This document shows, in pieces, positions 62,314 to 64,000 of a DNA stretch of 64,000 nucleotides; the stretch's first letter is position 1, and the number at the start of each line of letters is the position of its first letter. Where the stretch lies: positions 1-64,000 of the IMG/VR virus record IMGVR_UViG_3300020578_000006. The stretch is one strand, 5' to 3'. A program made the position numbers and the translations under genes. A model generated the notes under the pieces. It was given only the letters and a program-made list of their open reading frames with translations. It had not been told where the DNA came from and searched no databases.

Positions 62314-63052
62314 AACAATTAACTTCTTCTGGTTAGGAGACAAGCTTGGATTATTAGAGCAGCTATCATTGAAGTCATTTTTAGACCATGGACATAAAAC
62401 AATTCTATGGGCTTACAATATCAAATGCCACGGGGTGCCTTCAGGTGTCATTGTTAATAATGCTAATGAAATACTTTCCGAAGATCGAATATTTAAATAT
62501 ACCGGTAACGGCGATTGTCGTGTAAATAGTATCGGTGGGTTTTCTGACTTATTTAGATATTATCTTTTGAATAAAGTTGGCGGGTGGTATTGTGATATGG
62601 ATGTTACCTGTCTAGCCCCTTTCAATAATATTAATCAGGAGTATGTTATAAGACCTCATAAAAATACTAAAATTGTTGGTAATATCCTTAAGACCCCTAA
62701 CAATAATAGTTTTCTAGAAGATTGTATAGCTGAAACCGAAAGACTTGTCGATAAGGATAACGATAGATGGATTAAACCATTAGAGATATTAAGAGATTGC
62801 GTATACAAGCACGGTATTGATAAGTTTATTGTTCAAAAAGATTGGTTTGGTAATGATGATATTGAGGAGATAAGAAAAATGTTAAACATAGGAGTATTCA
62901 CCAAATATATTAATTTACCTAAGTATGCTATTCATTGGTGTAATGAGGCAATTTCTACTGGTCGCTGGGACTATTCTATAAAGCGAGATTTTAATAAACC
63001 ATTGCCTACTACTCTATTTTATAACCTATTAAAAAAACATGAACTCTTGTAA
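62306..63052 (+). CDS. glycosyltransferase, GT32 alpha-1,4-transferase-like
   Basis: FFWLG..L..LEQLSLKSF, FSDLFRY, GGWYCDMDV. Confidence 0.88.
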   Translation: MSETINFFWLGDKLGLLEQLSLKSFLDHGHKTILWAYNIKCHGVPSGVIVNNANEILSEDRIFKYTGNGDCRVNSIGGFSDLFRYYLLNKVGGWYCDMDVTCLAPFNNINQEYVIRPHKNTKIVGNILKTPNNNSFLEDCIAETERLVDKDNDRWIKPLEILRDCVYKHGIDKFIVQKDWFGNDDIEEIRKMLNIGVFTKYINLPKYAIHWCNEAISTGRWDYSIKRDFNKPLPTTLFYNLLKKHELL

Positions 63053-63839
63053 TATAGCGTTTGTAACTACGTTAAGCGATGATTTTTTGCCTGGAGCGGT
63101 TGCAGCAATTAAAAGCCTCATTAAAAATACCCCTACATTTAGCTACCCTATAATAATCTTAGAGTGGGGAGGCTTATCTGATTATAATAAAAGCTTACTT
63201 AAGAAAATATATAAAAATATTTCTTTTAAACATGTAGACTCTAATAACTACCCTGAGTATCAATCCGGTGAAAATAGAGTTTGGAATTATAATTTTAACT
63301 ATAGATATGATATATTTTTACTCGATAAATTTGATAGGATAATTTTCTTTGATTCTGATATAATTTTTAATATAGATATATCCAAATTGGCTAAGATAAA
63401 ATGTAATTTTGGTGCTGTTCCAAGGTCTAGAGGGACTAATGTTCAGATAGGAAAAAGACCGGGGTTTAATGCCGGCTTAATGATTATTGGGAAGAAGTTT
63501 TTAAATAAAGAAACCCGGGATAGTTTAATAAAGCTTTCTAAGCAGCCAGCTATTTTGGATATCCGTGTAAAAAAACAATTATGGATAGGAAATGAGCCCA
63601 TTCTAAACAATTTCTTTAAAACATTTACCAAATTACCAAAAAAATATAACTTGTGTATAGATGATATAAAGCCAAAAATTAATTTACTAGACTATAATAT
63701 ACATTATATTGGTAAACGTAAGCCGTGGAATAATTCTATAGATAGTTACGCCACTAACAAATTAGCATCAAAATACGGACAGTTCTTTGCAGTTCTTACG
63801 TCTAAAAAGCTTGTTAATTTATATAAAAAGTATACTTAA
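63039..63839 (+). CDS. glycosyltransferase family 8
   Basis: YRYDIF, DRIIFFDSDI, FNAGLM, YNL, IHYIGKRKPW. Confidence 0.88.
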   Translation: MNSCNIAFVTTLSDDFLPGAVAAIKSLIKNTPTFSYPIIILEWGGLSDYNKSLLKKIYKNISFKHVDSNNYPEYQSGENRVWNYNFNYRYDIFLLDKFDRIIFFDSDIIFNIDISKLAKIKCNFGAVPRSRGTNVQIGKRPGFNAGLMIIGKKFLNKETRDSLIKLSKQPAILDIRVKKQLWIGNEPILNNFFKTFTKLPKKYNLCIDDIKPKINLLDYNIHYIGKRKPWNNSIDSYATNKLASKYGQFFAVLTSKKLVNLYKKYT

Positions 63840-63842
63840 TAT

Positions 63843-64000
63843 ATGGAACTAGATGATATATTAGCGTTTTTTAATGAAGATGCTTTATGCCCAGAAAACA
63901 TTAAAAATTGTAGATCTCTTAGAGATGCTTACTTTAAAGAGTACAATGGCCTTTTAAACAAAAAATGTGAACATTGTACTTTAGTATCCTTGAGAGACAA
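63843..64000 (+). CDS. hypothetical protein, truncated by window edge (MELDDILAFF...CEHC)
   Basis: Hand translation; open to the end of the window. Confidence 0.6.
   Translation, partial: MELDDILAFFNEDALCPENIKNCRSLRDAYFKEYNGLLNKKCEHCTLVSLRD

Noticed and set aside
1-64000. Stop-codon reassignment (alternative genetic code)
   Set aside because: Long genes (portal, fibres, enzymes) are intact in code 11, all three stops end genes, and no suppressor anticodon is present (the Leu UAA anticodon reads UUA)
1-64000. CRISPR array, rRNA, integrase or IS element
   Set aside because: No regularly spaced repeats, rRNA-like sequence or transposase/integrase motifs seen; the Cas4-like ORFs are stand-alone phage exonucleases

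Overview
AT-rich, gene-dense fragment of a large T4-like myophage genome read in the standard code 11. Core markers are the portal (gp20), a gp15-like tail completion protein, a gp62-like clamp-loader subunit, a GroES-like co-chaperonin and T4-type TA(T)AAATA late promoters. The window also holds 8 tRNA genes (two with atypical arms), at least four candidate structured non-coding RNAs (one ~340 nt with its own promoter and a closing 5'/3' helix), a phage-encoded ribosomal protein bS21 and a paralogous tail-fibre/receptor-binding array. Eight glycosyltransferases are present. A host-like PEP-CTERM plus prepilin-type cassette suggests a Verrucomicrobia/PVC-type host (inference). A ~15 kb biosynthetic-looking cluster (3 radical SAM/SPASM enzymes, amidinotransferase, asparagine-synthetase-like amidotransferase, PIG-L deacetylase, 5 glycosyltransferases) sits directly behind a tail-fibre/Cys-rich virion gene pair. 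Promoter-to-start spacing suggests many mRNAs are leaderless, and several late proteins share an N-terminal capsid-targeting-like motif. All calls come from reading motifs by eye; no database search or folding program was run.
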